The notes under the pieces: generated by a model
Seen by the model: only the letters and a program-made list of their open reading frames with translations
Told to the model about the DNA's origin: nothing
Database searches by the model: none
Shown here: piece after piece, positions 1-10,232 of the stretch
Layout: every line of letters begins with the position of its first letter
How positions within the stretch are numbered: position 1 is the stretch's first letter
Program-made: the position numbers and the translations under genes
Assembly (NCBI GenBank): GCA_944321895.1
Contig: CALUNA010000011.1
Location: 12,633-76,632 of the forward strand
Direction of reading: 5' to 3'
Source of the DNA: an uncultured Bacteroidales bacterium
GTDB taxonomy: Bacteria > Bacteroidota > Bacteroidia > Bacteroidales > Paludibacteraceae
DNA: 64,000 nucleotides

Positions 1-185
1 TCTTCCACATGTACAGTGACCTTTTCTGCCTCATTGAGCATTTTTGTGGTCTTTACGGCACGCCCTTCGTTCCACCACAACATAATGGTAGCGGCCAAGA
101 GTAGCATGAATCCTGTGCCGATACCTTTTGCCGAGTTGGATACCCGTGTGCCATAAGATATGTTTTTTGTTTCTTGATATGCCAT
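1..185 (-). CDS. DUF1625/TMEM43-like membrane protein, N-terminal ~61 codons only (gene runs off the left edge)
   Basis: My own reverse-strand translation from the ATG at 185-183 gives MAYQETKNISYGTRVSNSAKGIGTGFMLLLAATIMLWWNEGRAVKTTKMLNEAEKVTVHVE... A TM helix is followed by WWNEGRAV, a motif I associate with the DUF1625/TMEM43 family. The ORF is truncated and absent from the ORF track. Confidence 0.55.
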   Translation of the reverse strand, partial: MAYQETKNISYGTRVSNSAKGIGTGFMLLLAATIMLWWNEGRAVKTTKMLNEAEKVTVHVE

Positions 186-245
186 ATACAGTTTTTTTTA
201 TTCTATGAATCGGGCGTTGGAATGCAACATTCGTTTTCCGTCAAA

Positions 246-287
246 CCCTTCTTAGCCCTCCACCGAAGGGAAGGGGCTTAAGAAGAG
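246..287 (-). terminator. Imperfect hairpin downstream of the beta-helix gene
   Basis: Arms CCCTTCTTAGCCCTCC / GGGAAGGGGCTTAAGAAGAG form a bulged stem of about 14 bp. The hairpin lies 80 nt after the stop at 369. The T-tract on the minus strand is weak. Confidence 0.3.
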
Positions 288-368
288 TTCTCACAGACAG
301 ACAAACAAACATATCCCAACCAGGGATTCGTGTGATTTACAAAATTTATATGATTGTGTTCCTGTTTG

Positions 369-1889
369 TCAATTGCCGGCTGGCAGTTGTGCGCCGTATT
401 CCGGTTCTGCTCCAAAGAGTTGTATTGCCTTGTCGAAATTGTAGCGGTTGCCGAACATGGATACGCGGGTGGTCATGGTGCCCTGCTTGTTCAAGCCGTG
501 TGCTTCCCTGTAAAGGTTGGCTGCCGAATTGGGGTCATAGCTTTCCGTTGTGATGATTTCGAGCGAAGCATAGCCTTTCAGATAAGGCTGGTCAATTTTA
601 TCCTTGAAATTGCTGGTTGAAGGTAGCTCCCTGTTGTTTTCATACTTGGTAAGCATTTCCACTTCGTCGAAGCGTTTGCCCGGTACATAGAGCCATTTGC
701 CGCCGCTTGTTCCGGCCATAACAAAGTCGCCCTTGTTCATGAAGAAGAGGTTGTCGTAGGCCGAACAGATTTTGCGTTTGTCAGCCGGCAGGTTGGAATC
801 GTCCCATCCGCCGTCCAATGCGCCGTAGTTGTTGCAACCGAAAATGTTGTGGTGCACATTGTGGTCAACGCTGTTTTTGAAGCGGTAGCCGTAGCCCATG
901 CTTTCCATTTCCTTGGTGGTTGGCCAAGAGAACAATACGGTGTTGTGGTGGAAGTCAACGGTGGATTGGTGTGCCCCGGTGTTTTGGTTCAAACCACCGT
1001 TGATTTCGCAGGATGCGTAGAGGTTGGCCACAAATACGTTGTTGTAAATTTCCCAGTCGCCCCCCATGTTGGTCATGATGATACCGTTGAACGAGGCATT
1101 GAGGAACATGCAGTTTCGGATAACGAGTTTTCCTGCCATTTTTCCACCGATAAGACGGATGGTCTTGTTGGGTGGGTTGCCCACCGGCATAATGCGTCCC
1201 GTTTCGCAGCCTTCGGGACATCCGAAGCGTGCGTCGGTAGGGTCGGCCTTGGCATATTCGTGCACGAGGCCGAGGTCGAAGAAGATGCCGTCGATGATGA
1301 TTTGCGCATTCCTGTCGGCGAGAGCCTCTATCATGAGCAATCCTTGTCCGATAGTGCCCCTTTGGGCTACGTTAGGCTGTATGCGTGTGATGTACTTGAC
1401 CGGGTTGCGTTCGCTGAAGTCGTCGTTCCATCCGCCTTCGAGGCTGACATACTTGCCCTTGATTTCAATCCATCCGCGGTCGAGCGTGCCGAGGTAGTTT
1501 CCCTGCGCTATGCGGATGAGGTCGCCGTCGGCTGCCTTGTCGATGGCTTTCTGAATGTCTTTCATGGGGGCTTGCTGTGTGCCTTCTGCACGTGCGCTGC
1601 CCTTTTCGAGGCTCACATAATAGATGTTGCCGTTGGTGACGGCGGCTGCCGATTTTTCACTGGCATTTTGCAGCGCATTGGCATTGGTAGCCTGCTTGGC
1701 CTTGTCGTTTTCGAACACCTTGTCGAGACCCTCGTTTATGGCACGGTCGACTGCCATGGTTGTTCGTGTCGTTGTTGCATTTTTTGCCCTGTCGATGAGG
1801 CTTTTACCGATTTGTGCTTCAGCGACTAAACTTGCGGCAAGCAGCATTGTCGTCATCAGCACACTTCTTCTAAATCTTTTTGTTTCCAT
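369..1889 (-). CDS. Secreted right-handed parallel beta-helix repeat protein (DUF1565/pectate-lyase-fold-like), function unknown
   Basis: 506-aa ORF with signal peptide MTTMLLAASLVAEAQ. It has the N-terminal cap motif MKDIQKAIDKAADGDLIRIAQGNY. Repeated short beta-helix rungs follow (VIRNCMFLNASFNGIIMTNMGG, IYNNVFVAN, FHHNTVLFS, VHHNIFGCNN). Confidence 0.7.
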   Translation of the reverse strand: METKRFRRSVLMTTMLLAASLVAEAQIGKSLIDRAKNATTTRTTMAVDRAINEGLDKVFENDKAKQATNANALQNASEKSAAAVTNGNIYYVSLEKGSARAEGTQQAPMKDIQKAIDKAADGDLIRIAQGNYLGTLDRGWIEIKGKYVSLEGGWNDDFSERNPVKYITRIQPNVAQRGTIGQGLLMIEALADRNAQIIIDGIFFDLGLVHEYAKADPTDARFGCPEGCETGRIMPVGNPPNKTIRLIGGKMAGKLVIRNCMFLNASFNGIIMTNMGGDWEIYNNVFVANLYASCEINGGLNQNTGAHQSTVDFHHNTVLFSWPTTKEMESMGYGYRFKNSVDHNVHHNIFGCNNYGALDGGWDDSNLPADKRKICSAYDNLFFMNKGDFVMAGTSGGKWLYVPGKRFDEVEMLTKYENNRELPSTSNFKDKIDQPYLKGYASLEIITTESYDPNSAANLYREAHGLNKQGTMTTRVSMFGNRYNFDKAIQLFGAEPEYGAQLPAGN

Positions 1890-2103
1890 CTCGCTTTTGT
1901 TTAAGGATTAAAATTAGGGATTATTGTTAGCTTTAACGCATGGTCTTACAGATCAAATCCGGCATCCGATTACAAGTGTTCAATCGCGTTTGCAAAGTAA
2001 ACGGCTGGCAGATAATCTTGTTAGAACATACAACGCATAATGGAGATGAAAATGGTAAGTCTGGAGCGAATAACACCATGCCAATTATAACACATGACGC
2101 AAA

Positions 2104-2146
2104 CATGCCGGATAAAACTCTGTTAAACAGAATTTTATCCGGCATG
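2104..2146 (-). terminator. 43-nt near-perfect palindrome downstream of the hybrid sensor kinase gene
   Basis: CATGCCGGATAAAACTCTGTT A AACAGAATTTTATCCGGCATG pairs at 20 of 21 positions. It lies 29 nt past the stop at 2175. On the minus strand it is followed by TTTGCG. Confidence 0.5.
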
Positions 2147-2174
2147 TAGGTTTACAATTCCTGAAATCCGGGAA

Positions 2175-4982
2175 TCAGGAGTTCTCTTTTCTGTATTGGG
2201 AAGGTGTCATGCCGAATTTTTCCCTGAACTGTTTGGTGAAATAACTTGCGGATTCGAAACCGCACATCAGGACGATGTCCCCGATTGTATTTCCCGGGTC
2301 TCTCAGAAGGAGCTGGGCATGAACCAGTTTTGATTGCTTGATGTATACAGCTGTATTTATTCCTGTTATGGACTTTACTTTCCGGTTGAGCTGTGACTTG
2401 CTCAAGCACATGTTGTCTGCCAGCATTTCGGAGTTCAGGTTGGACAGGGAAATGTTGGCGGATATGAAACTGTTGAGTTTCACAAGGAATTTCTTCTCCT
2501 GTTCCGGAGCATCCTGTTCTTTGGATATCTCCTTGCCCTCAGTCAGTACCTGGCTGTATTTTTTCCTGAGCAAATTGCGGTACTCGACCAATTTGTGGAT
2601 TCTCAATCTCAATTCATCTGGGCTGAATGGTTTTATCAGATAGGCATCCGCGCCGCAGTCAAGGCCTTGCAGCTTGTGCGTATCATCGCTTTTTGCCGTA
2701 ACGATGATGATTGGTATGTGATTGAGTAGCTCGGATTTCCGAATGTCGCGTGTCATCTCCAGGCCATCGTATTCGGGCATCATTATGTCTGTGATGATGA
2801 CATCCGGGACATATTCTTCCGCTTTGATGACTCCCTCCTTGCCGTTGCGCGCATAGACGACGGAAAAGTTGTCTTTGATGATGTTTCCGATGTAGCGTGC
2901 TATGTCTTCGTTGTCCTCAACCACGAGGGCGATGTCCGCATCTTTCGATATGTTTTCGTCGTGGTTGGCCATCTCCTCGGTGCCATCGTGGGCCGGCTCT
3001 TCGTTGCAGGCTGTCTTCGCTTCGAAATCGGGAATCCATCTTTCAAACCTATTTTCTCCGTGCTTTATCGGAATAGACAGAACGAACGTGGCGCCTTCTC
3101 CCGGCCTGCTGGATACTTCAATATTGCCGCCCATAGCTTCGGTCATCTGTTTTGTCAAAGCCAGGCCTATGCCTGTGCCGGCATCGGAATGCGACTCGGC
3201 TTGGAAAAACGGCTCGAAAATATGAGGCAGGTCTTCTGGCTTGATGCCGCAACCGGTGTCCTTGATACTTATTTTCAGGGTTCTCTTCTCAACCCTGCTA
3301 CGGATGATTATTTTGCCTCCTTTGGAGGTGAATTTCAGTGAATTGGACAGGATGTTTGTCATGATTTTGCACATGAAATCAGGCACGAAGTCCATTTCAA
3401 CCTCTTTTTCATTGGAGTGATATTCGATTTCGATGAGTTTTTTTATGGCCTGGGGGCGGATATTCTCTACAACCATTTGAATGAAAGCTGCCATGTTGCC
3501 GGTTTTCCAGTTGCCTTTGCCAATGGCCGACCGCACCTTTGCTATGTCCAAAAGCTGGTTTACCAGGGTAAGCAGCCTTTTCCCCTGTCTTGAGATGGCA
3601 TCGATTTCTGTTGCGGTTTCCTTGTTCCTTGCTTTTGATTTCAGTTCTTCCGCACAGCCGAGGATTACGGTGAGAGGTGTGCGGAATTCGTGGGTGACAT
3701 TGGTGAAGAACTCTTGCCTTGCAAGGCTGGCCTTTTTAATGATATTCTGCATTTTAGCCTTGACTCTCAACGCATAAATAAGGGAAGAGATTGCGGCTGC
3801 TGAAACAAGCATGACAGTGATGAGGAAAAAGAGGATAATCTCCTTTTTCTGCTGCTCGCTTATGTATGCCTGGCTGACAACTTCTTTTTCCTTGTTCCCT
3901 TTCTCCATTATATAATTCACCCGAAGGTTGCTCAGATGGTTGATGCTTTTTTCGTTGTCCACACTGTCGGCATATGCAAGATATTTCTTGTAATTTTCAA
4001 GCGATGCTTTGTAATTGCCTGTTTTTTCTTCAAATACGGCTTTCAAGCGATATGCTTCGGCAAGATGTTCCCATGAATTGATCTCCGTCGACGTTTTCAA
4101 CCCCTCGTTGAGGTAGCGGCGGGCATTTTCGGGTTGTTCCATTGCAAGATAGACCTTTGCTATTGAAAGGCATGATTCCAACCAGTGCCATTTGTCTTTG
4201 TCCCCGGTCATCAGTTTATAGGAGTTTTTGAATGATTCCAGCGCCTCGCTGTAATTGCCCTCCTGCTCAGCCAGCCTGCCGAAATGGTTATAGCACAATG
4301 ATATGCCGAGCTTTGAGTTGGCAAGACGGTTTTGCTCCATGGAATATTCGTAATAAATCCATGCCGAGTCTTTTTCTCCATTGGCTTCTTTGACATAGCC
4401 GATATTTGCGTAGTTGATGGCCTGCCCGATGTGGCTTCCAAGACTTTTCTCTCCGGCAAGAGCCTGCCTGAAAACATTTTCTGCGGCGTCGTTGTTCTGA
4501 AAAGTGAGCTGGATGTTTCCTATGCCATTGAGCGATACCACTTTGTGCTTTTTAGCTCTGGTTGAGGACTGGTCGCTGTATTTTTCGCAGTAGGAAAGTG
4601 CTTCATAATGCCTGACAGCAGCTTCATCCAGGATTCCAAGACGCCTGAAGTCTGTCCCGAGCTGGTTCAGTATATAGATGATATTGGCGGTGTCCTTCAG
4701 TGACTTGGCCAGCGACAATGCTCTTTCATGATAGTCCAGGGCGCAGTTGAAATTGGAAGATTCACGATGGATTTTTCCGAGTTCCCTCATTACCGCCATC
4801 CTGCCCACATCATCATGGCTGGCCTCGTAGTCGGACAAAAGGCCTTCGAGGGCTTCTATATTCTTGTTGGCGGATACGATGCTGTCAATCTGCTTGATAT
4901 GATTGGCATAAGATATATCTTCATTGTGCCCTTTGCATGATATAATGAATGCAAAAGTTATCAGTATCAGTGCTTTCCTCAT
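2175..4982 (-). CDS. Hybrid sensor histidine kinase / response regulator with N-terminal TPR sensor region and C-terminal AraC-type HTH
   Basis: 935 aa. The N-terminus is lipoprotein-like (ITFAFIISC). About 350 aa of TPR-like repeats precede one TM helix (IILFFLITVMLVSAAAISSLIYAL). An H-box follows (FFTNVTHEFRTPLT), then the HATPase G-boxes (DTGCGI, GTGIGLAL). The receiver domain has ALVVEDNEDI ... DVIITDIMMPEYDG ... KPF. The C-terminus is AraC-type (SASYFTKQFREKFGMTPSQYR). Confidence 0.9.
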   Translation of the reverse strand: MRKALILITFAFIISCKGHNEDISYANHIKQIDSIVSANKNIEALEGLLSDYEASHDDVGRMAVMRELGKIHRESSNFNCALDYHERALSLAKSLKDTANIIYILNQLGTDFRRLGILDEAAVRHYEALSYCEKYSDQSSTRAKKHKVVSLNGIGNIQLTFQNNDAAENVFRQALAGEKSLGSHIGQAINYANIGYVKEANGEKDSAWIYYEYSMEQNRLANSKLGISLCYNHFGRLAEQEGNYSEALESFKNSYKLMTGDKDKWHWLESCLSIAKVYLAMEQPENARRYLNEGLKTSTEINSWEHLAEAYRLKAVFEEKTGNYKASLENYKKYLAYADSVDNEKSINHLSNLRVNYIMEKGNKEKEVVSQAYISEQQKKEIILFFLITVMLVSAAAISSLIYALRVKAKMQNIIKKASLARQEFFTNVTHEFRTPLTVILGCAEELKSKARNKETATEIDAISRQGKRLLTLVNQLLDIAKVRSAIGKGNWKTGNMAAFIQMVVENIRPQAIKKLIEIEYHSNEKEVEMDFVPDFMCKIMTNILSNSLKFTSKGGKIIIRSRVEKRTLKISIKDTGCGIKPEDLPHIFEPFFQAESHSDAGTGIGLALTKQMTEAMGGNIEVSSRPGEGATFVLSIPIKHGENRFERWIPDFEAKTACNEEPAHDGTEEMANHDENISKDADIALVVEDNEDIARYIGNIIKDNFSVVYARNGKEGVIKAEEYVPDVIITDIMMPEYDGLEMTRDIRKSELLNHIPIIIVTAKSDDTHKLQGLDCGADAYLIKPFSPDELRLRIHKLVEYRNLLRKKYSQVLTEGKEISKEQDAPEQEKKFLVKLNSFISANISLSNLNSEMLADNMCLSKSQLNRKVKSITGINTAVYIKQSKLVHAQLLLRDPGNTIGDIVLMCGFESASYFTKQFREKFGMTPSQYRKENS

Positions 4983-5218
4983 TAATAACTGATTTGTTAC
5001 GAGTTATATTTTTTTAGAATTTCCGCAGCAAAGATAGTGATTATGCATTAACGGAAAAATCTTTGTAGGATTTTTTTGTGGGAATGGATGCTAAACTGTT
5101 GGTTATTTGGTGATTGTGTTTTTTTATTTATTTTTATTGATACTTATATCTTGCCTGTCGGCATGCATGGCGTTGAAAAAAGAACGCGCGGAGCAGCGGT
5201 GTCACAGCCACTGCGTGT

Positions 5219-7705
5219 TCAGCGGCTGTGGCGTGCGTGTTCCACCATGAAGTGCAGGCGGTTGAATATGTTGGCGTCGGAGGTGCTGCTGTCGAAGTCG
5301 AGGAACAGCAGGTTCATCTTCGGGAACAGCTCCTTGATGCGCTTTTCGATGCCTTTGGATATGACATGGTTGGCTATGCATCCGAAGGGTTGCAGGCTGA
5401 TGATGTTCCGCACGCCGTGGGCGGCCAGGTTGCTGATTTCGGCGGGTATGAGCCATCCTTCACCGAAGTTGGCCGCTGTGTTCACAATGTGCGATGCGGC
5501 GCGTTCGTCCTGGAACATGTCGGAAAAAGGCATGTAGTGCGGGAATCCGGCGCATATCGCGTCGAACTGCCGCGTGCGCCGTTTGACCCAGGCATAAATG
5601 GCATCGTTCAGGAACATGGGCATGCCGTTGCGCTGTATGTGCTTGTCCTTGTTGATGTGGTGGTTCACAAGGGTCTGCGCAAAGAAGTTGTAGATGCTCG
5701 GCGGCACCACCTCCACGCCTTGGGCTATAAGCCAGTTGAGCACGTTTTTGTGGCTGAAGCTGTTGTATTTGACGTATATTTCGCCCACGACACCTATGCG
5801 CGGGGCTTCCTTGCTGTTGTCCGTGCATTTGGTGAAGTCGCGGACGGCTTCGGCAAGCAGCGCGGTGAGTCCTTTGCAGTCGCGGCGTTCCACCAAGGGC
5901 AACGCCTTTCCGATGTAGCGTTTGCGGAGCGCGGCGGCCTGGCCTTGTTGCTTTTCGCGCACGCAGGATGCATAATACATTTTGTTGATGCAGTCGGCAT
6001 AGAGCATGGTGTAGGCCACGATGCGGGCTATCTTGAGCCAGTCGGGCGTGAAGCCCGGCTGCTGGTTGCGGAGATTGTCGCTCAGTGCCAGTGAAACAAC
6101 GGGTATGTCATTGAATCCGGCTTCGATAAGCGCATTCTTGATGAGTGACATGTAGTTGGTGGCGCGGCATTGTCCGCCGGTCTGCGTAATGATGACGGCT
6201 GTCTGCGTACGGTCATATTTTCCACTCTGCAAGGCATTGATAATGGAACCGACTACGATGGTGGCCGGGTAGCAAATATCATTGTTTGCATATTTGAGTC
6301 CGGTTTCGGCATCGTGCTGGTTTCCCATGGGCAGGTTTTCAAGTTTGTATCCCATGATACGGAAAAGGCTTGGTATGTATTCCGAATAACCTTCACCGAA
6401 ATAGGGTGCTAGCAGGGTGCGCCGGCGGTCCTCCAGCCCGAAAAGGGGCGTGGTGCGCAAGGGTTTTTCGGTTGCGGAAGGTTCGTTGCGGCTGACTTGC
6501 AGGCTTTCTACCAGAGAACGTATGCGCAAGCGCAACGAGCCGATGTTGTTCACGTCGTCTATCTTCAGCAGAGTCAGGTTTTTGTTGCGTCGTCGGAGCA
6601 GATTGCTCACTTCATCAATAATGAAGGCATCCGGCCCGCAGCCGAATGAGGTCAGTTCCACCATTTGCAGGTTACGCCCTTGTTTGCCGACAAAATAGGC
6701 TGCCTTGAAAATCCGGTTGGGATAGGCCCATTGGCTTACGGATTGTAATTCACCGAATACATTGTTTGCACCGGCTGCCGCATGTTCCGTAATGACATCA
6801 ATGCCCATGTCGGCAATTGACTCGGCCACTTTGTGTTCTATGTATGGATCGGTGTGGTAGGGGCGGCCGGCCAGCAGGATGGTGATGCGGTTCTCGGCTT
6901 CGGCTTTGTGCCATACGTCCAGGGCACGGTCGGTGAGTGCCTGCACATATGTTTCCTGTTCGGTTATGGCCTTGTCAATGGCCATGCGGGCGGTCTTGCG
7001 GTCAATGCCCAGTGTGTGAAGATATTCCGTACATGAAGCATGGAGCAGGTCGGGGTCCTTGAATGTAATGACGGGCGCATCAAACGGTATGTTATAGTTT
7101 TTCTCCGTGTCAATGGCACTTTTAATGACATCCGAGTAGCCTGACACGATGGGGCAGTTGAAGCTGTTTCCAGAGCCGGAGTCTTCCTTGTGTTCGTACA
7201 CCACGTAGGGATAGAAAATGCGGTCGGGTTTCTTGTCGAGCAGGTTCATGATGTGTCCGTGCATCAGTTTGGCGGGGAAACAGATGTTGTCGGCCATAAT
7301 GCTTTTGATGCCAGTTGCATAGAGCTTGTCGGTTGATGCCGCAGAAAGAATGACCCGTATGCCGCAGTTTGTGAACAGCGTGTGCCAGAACGGGTAGTTT
7401 TCGTATATGCCCAACGCGCGCGGGATGCCTATGGTCATGCGTGCCTGTTCGGGCGGCACTCCTTTGCGGCGGAACAGCATGGCGTATTTTTCGGCAAACA
7501 TGTTTATGCCGCGGGTTTTCTTTTCGGCTTCGTTGGAATAAATCTTTTCACAGTTGTTGCCCGAATAGAATGAGCGTCCGTTCTGGAAATGGAATACTTT
7601 AACGGTGCAGTGGTTCTCGCAACCGGGACATGCTTCAATACCCGATTCATAGTGCTGTGCATCGAGCAGCTCTTCCAGACGGGGTTGGGTTGTCGGTGTA
7701 GTCAT
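5219..7705 (-). CDS. Acyl-CoA dehydratase activase-related protein (DUF2229-type partner domain)
   Basis: 828 aa with an N-terminal Cys cluster [15 protein letters not shown]. The layout matches the C-terminal two-thirds of fused CoA-substrate-specific enzyme activase proteins. Its start overlaps the upstream stop (ATGA at 7702-7705), consistent with translational coupling. Confidence 0.75.
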   Translation of the reverse strand: MTTPTTQPRLEELLDAQHYESGIEACPGCENHCTVKVFHFQNGRSFYSGNNCEKIYSNEAEKKTRGINMFAEKYAMLFRRKGVPPEQARMTIGIPRALGIYENYPFWHTLFTNCGIRVILSAASTDKLYATGIKSIMADNICFPAKLMHGHIMNLLDKKPDRIFYPYVVYEHKEDSGSGNSFNCPIVSGYSDVIKSAIDTEKNYNIPFDAPVITFKDPDLLHASCTEYLHTLGIDRKTARMAIDKAITEQETYVQALTDRALDVWHKAEAENRITILLAGRPYHTDPYIEHKVAESIADMGIDVITEHAAAGANNVFGELQSVSQWAYPNRIFKAAYFVGKQGRNLQMVELTSFGCGPDAFIIDEVSNLLRRRNKNLTLLKIDDVNNIGSLRLRIRSLVESLQVSRNEPSATEKPLRTTPLFGLEDRRRTLLAPYFGEGYSEYIPSLFRIMGYKLENLPMGNQHDAETGLKYANNDICYPATIVVGSIINALQSGKYDRTQTAVIITQTGGQCRATNYMSLIKNALIEAGFNDIPVVSLALSDNLRNQQPGFTPDWLKIARIVAYTMLYADCINKMYYASCVREKQQGQAAALRKRYIGKALPLVERRDCKGLTALLAEAVRDFTKCTDNSKEAPRIGVVGEIYVKYNSFSHKNVLNWLIAQGVEVVPPSIYNFFAQTLVNHHINKDKHIQRNGMPMFLNDAIYAWVKRRTRQFDAICAGFPHYMPFSDMFQDERAASHIVNTAANFGEGWLIPAEISNLAAHGVRNIISLQPFGCIANHVISKGIEKRIKELFPKMNLLFLDFDSSTSDANIFNRLHFMVEHARHSR

Positions 7706-9474
7706 GCTTGTTTCTGGTTTTGTTCGCGGGCATAGAGGGCTGCTCCGTAGGCACCCATCAGTTCCGGAATGTCGGTGAATAAAACGTCGCGGCCGGTCAT
7801 TTTTTCCAGCGCGCGGACAATGGATTTGTTCTTGAACGTGCCGCCTTGCACCACAATGTTGTCGCCCAGTTCCTTGACATCTTTCAGTTTCATAACCTTG
7901 AACAGGCAGTTTTTAATGACGGAGTAGGAGAATCCGGCGGCAATGTCTTCCACGGCCGCGCCTTCGCGCATGGCCTGTTTCACTTTGGAGTTCATGAACA
8001 CGGTGCAACGCGTGCCCAGATCGCAGGGTTGTTTGGCCATGCAGGCCATGCGTGCAAATTCCTCGACGGGATGTTGCAACATGCGTGCAAAGGTCTCTAT
8101 GAACGAACCGCAGCCCGACGAGCAGGCCTCGTTGATTTCGATGCGCCTGATGGAGCCGTTTTCGATGAAAATGGCTTTCATGTCCTGCCCGCCAATGTCG
8201 AGCACGAACGACACGTCCGGTTTCAGGTGGCGTGCCGCCATGAAGTGGGCTATGGTTTCCACTATGCCGTATTGCAGATTGAATGCGGTTTTAAGCAGGT
8301 TTTCGCCGTAGCCGGTGGCCGCACTGCCCGCAAACTGTATTTCGCTGCCGTTGGCTGCTGCCGTTGTTTTCAGGTCTTGCAGTGCCGACAGGAATGTCTG
8401 GAAACTGTTGCCGTTGTTGCGGCGGTAGTCTTTGTAAACCAGCTCTCCCTGTTCGTTCAACAACACTATTTTGGTGGTTGTGCTGCCCGAATCCACTCCG
8501 AGGTAGCATCTGTTCAGTCCGGGTTGCAGGTTGCCTGTGGGCACGGAAACGGCTTTTTTGGATGCTTCCCAGGCATCGAATTCCGCGCGGTCGGCAAACA
8601 GGGCGGGCAGTCTTCCGGAAACGAGCGTGTTGCCGGTTTCTTTATGGAAGCGCACCGTGTGCAATACCTGCAACAGCGAGAAGCTGCGCGCCTCTTGCTG
8701 CCGTTGTGCCATCAGCGCGCATCCCTGCGAGGGTATCAGCTCTGCCTTGTCGGGCAAGATGCAGACGGTTTCGTCTATTTGCAGCACGCTGCGGAAATGC
8801 TTGTGCAGTTCCGGCAGGAACGCGAACGGCCCGCCGCAAAAGAATACGTTGGGTTTGATGTCCGTGCCGTGTGTCAGCGCGCTGACTACCTGCAGGGCCA
8901 CGGCATGGAACACGGACGCGGCAATGTCGGCCTTGCTGACGTTGCGGCTTATCAGGTTCTGTATGTCCGTCTTGGAGAACACGCCGCACCGCGATGCTAT
9001 CGGATAGACGGTTTGTGCTTGTGCCGCCAGGTCGCTCAGCCGCGAGACATCTATGTTGAGCAATGTGGCCATCTGGTCGATGAACGCGCCCGTGCCGCCG
9101 GCACAGTTGCCGTTCATGCGTATGTCGGGCACTTTGCCTTGCTCAAAGAATATCATTTTGCTGTCTTCGCCGCCCATGTCGATAAAGGTGTGCACGTCGG
9201 GATGGCGTTGTTGTATGAATTCGGCGGCGGCCACGACTTCCTGCACGAAGTCAAGCCCGAAGCGTTCGGCGTAGCCCATGCCTACCGAACCGGTTATGGT
9301 GATTTGGAATTCTATGTTGCCGAAGCTGTTGTACAGTGCGGATGCCATGCCGGCGGCTGTCTGCATAATGTTGGCGTTGTGCCGGCGGTAGTCGGAATAG
9401 ATGAGCCGGCCGCTCTCGTCGAGCAACGCGATTTTCAGTGTCGTTGAACCAATGTCAATGCCTAAGTAATACAT
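7702..9474 (-). CDS. Tandem BadF/BadG/BcrA/BcrD-type ATPase (two activase domains in one polypeptide)
   Basis: 590 aa with two ASKHA-fold halves. Each half begins with a phosphate-1 motif ([17 protein letters not shown]; [17 protein letters not shown]). Each half also carries the paired Cys positions typical of HgdC-like [4Fe-4S] activators ([11 protein letters not shown] + ASRCGVF; [11 protein letters not shown] + GTRCTVF). Confidence 0.85.
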   Translation of the reverse strand: MYYLGIDIGSTTLKIALLDESGRLIYSDYRRHNANIMQTAAGMASALYNSFGNIEFQITITGSVGMGYAERFGLDFVQEVVAAAEFIQQRHPDVHTFIDMGGEDSKMIFFEQGKVPDIRMNGNCAGGTGAFIDQMATLLNIDVSRLSDLAAQAQTVYPIASRCGVFSKTDIQNLISRNVSKADIAASVFHAVALQVVSALTHGTDIKPNVFFCGGPFAFLPELHKHFRSVLQIDETVCILPDKAELIPSQGCALMAQRQQEARSFSLLQVLHTVRFHKETGNTLVSGRLPALFADRAEFDAWEASKKAVSVPTGNLQPGLNRCYLGVDSGSTTTKIVLLNEQGELVYKDYRRNNGNSFQTFLSALQDLKTTAAANGSEIQFAGSAATGYGENLLKTAFNLQYGIVETIAHFMAARHLKPDVSFVLDIGGQDMKAIFIENGSIRRIEINEACSSGCGSFIETFARMLQHPVEEFARMACMAKQPCDLGTRCTVFMNSKVKQAMREGAAVEDIAAGFSYSVIKNCLFKVMKLKDVKELGDNIVVQGGTFKNKSIVRALEKMTGRDVLFTDIPELMGAYGAALYAREQNQKQA

Positions 9475-9488
9475 GTTCCTGCTGTTTT

Positions 9489-10109
9489 TTATGGCCGCAG
9501 CCGTTTCAGAATAGTTGTTGTCAGTTCTTCCTTGCGCCTGCGGATGTATTGCCGTTCGGCTTCGCTGTCAAGCTGGAAAAGCAAACGGTAGATGGGCAGG
9601 GTTATGAACGTGCAAATGGTGAGCGAGAATATGTCCATGTACAAGTCGGCCGTGTCGATGGGGCAGATGTGTCCTGCCACAACCTCTTGCCGTATTTCAT
9701 TATCAAACTGTCGGTAGAGTTGCATGTACATCGGGTTGGTGCGCAGCTCTTCGCAGAAGGCTTGTCGTCTTTCAGAATTGGTAACCAGCTCATTAATGAC
9801 CATGAACGGGAGTTGCTTGTTGGCTTCGATGAAGTCGAAGTACATGCCCATGCGTTCGCGCAGGCTTTCCGTGAAGTCCATGCCCGCAGGCCGCGTTTTC
9901 ATGAATTCCGCAAACAGCGACATTAATTTCTTGATGAAAATCTGCTGGAAAAGGTTCTCCTTCGTGCGGAAATAGTAATGCACCAGAGCCTGGTTGCAAC
10001 CTGCTTTCCGGGCTATCTCCGTGGTGGATGTGTTGGTGTATCCCTTGGTGAGGAAAAGGGCCTCGGCGGCTTGCAGGATAAGTTCCTCTTTTGGAGTGTT
10101 TCTATTCAT
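9489..10109 (-). CDS. TetR/AcrR family transcriptional regulator
   Basis: 206 aa with an N-terminal HTH ([44 protein letters not shown]). It sits 14 nt upstream of the activase ATPase on the same strand. Confidence 0.9.
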   Translation of the reverse strand: MNRNTPKEELILQAAEALFLTKGYTNTSTTEIARKAGCNQALVHYYFRTKENLFQQIFIKKLMSLFAEFMKTRPAGMDFTESLRERMGMYFDFIEANKQLPFMVINELVTNSERRQAFCEELRTNPMYMQLYRQFDNEIRQEVVAGHICPIDTADLYMDIFSLTICTFITLPIYRLLFQLDSEAERQYIRRRKEELTTTILKRLRP

Positions 10110-10232
10110 TACGTTGTTTAATAAGCGTATTTAATAGAGTGGTTAAAAACAGCTGCAAAGAAAATGAATATATTCCGGACGGCAAAATTTCAATACCTAA
10201 AAAATGTTGGATGCAGGGTTTCCGTGCTCCGG

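Noticed and set aside
1933-2149. Two overlapping ~70-aa ORFs on opposite strands (MPDKILFNR… / …MPDKTLLNRILSGM)
   Set aside because: Their similar peptide ends are a consequence of the 43-nt palindrome at 2104-2146 being read on both strands. That region is a terminator hairpin, not coding sequence.
7846-9447. 533-aa plus-strand ORF spanning almost the whole activase ATPase gene
   Set aside because: This is a shadow ORF. Its translation is V/F/G/H/A-rich with no motifs, whereas the minus-strand frame has clear ASKHA ATPase motifs. Long antisense frames recur over every G/C-richer gene here. This is expected when the sense codons TTA, CTA and TCA are rare.
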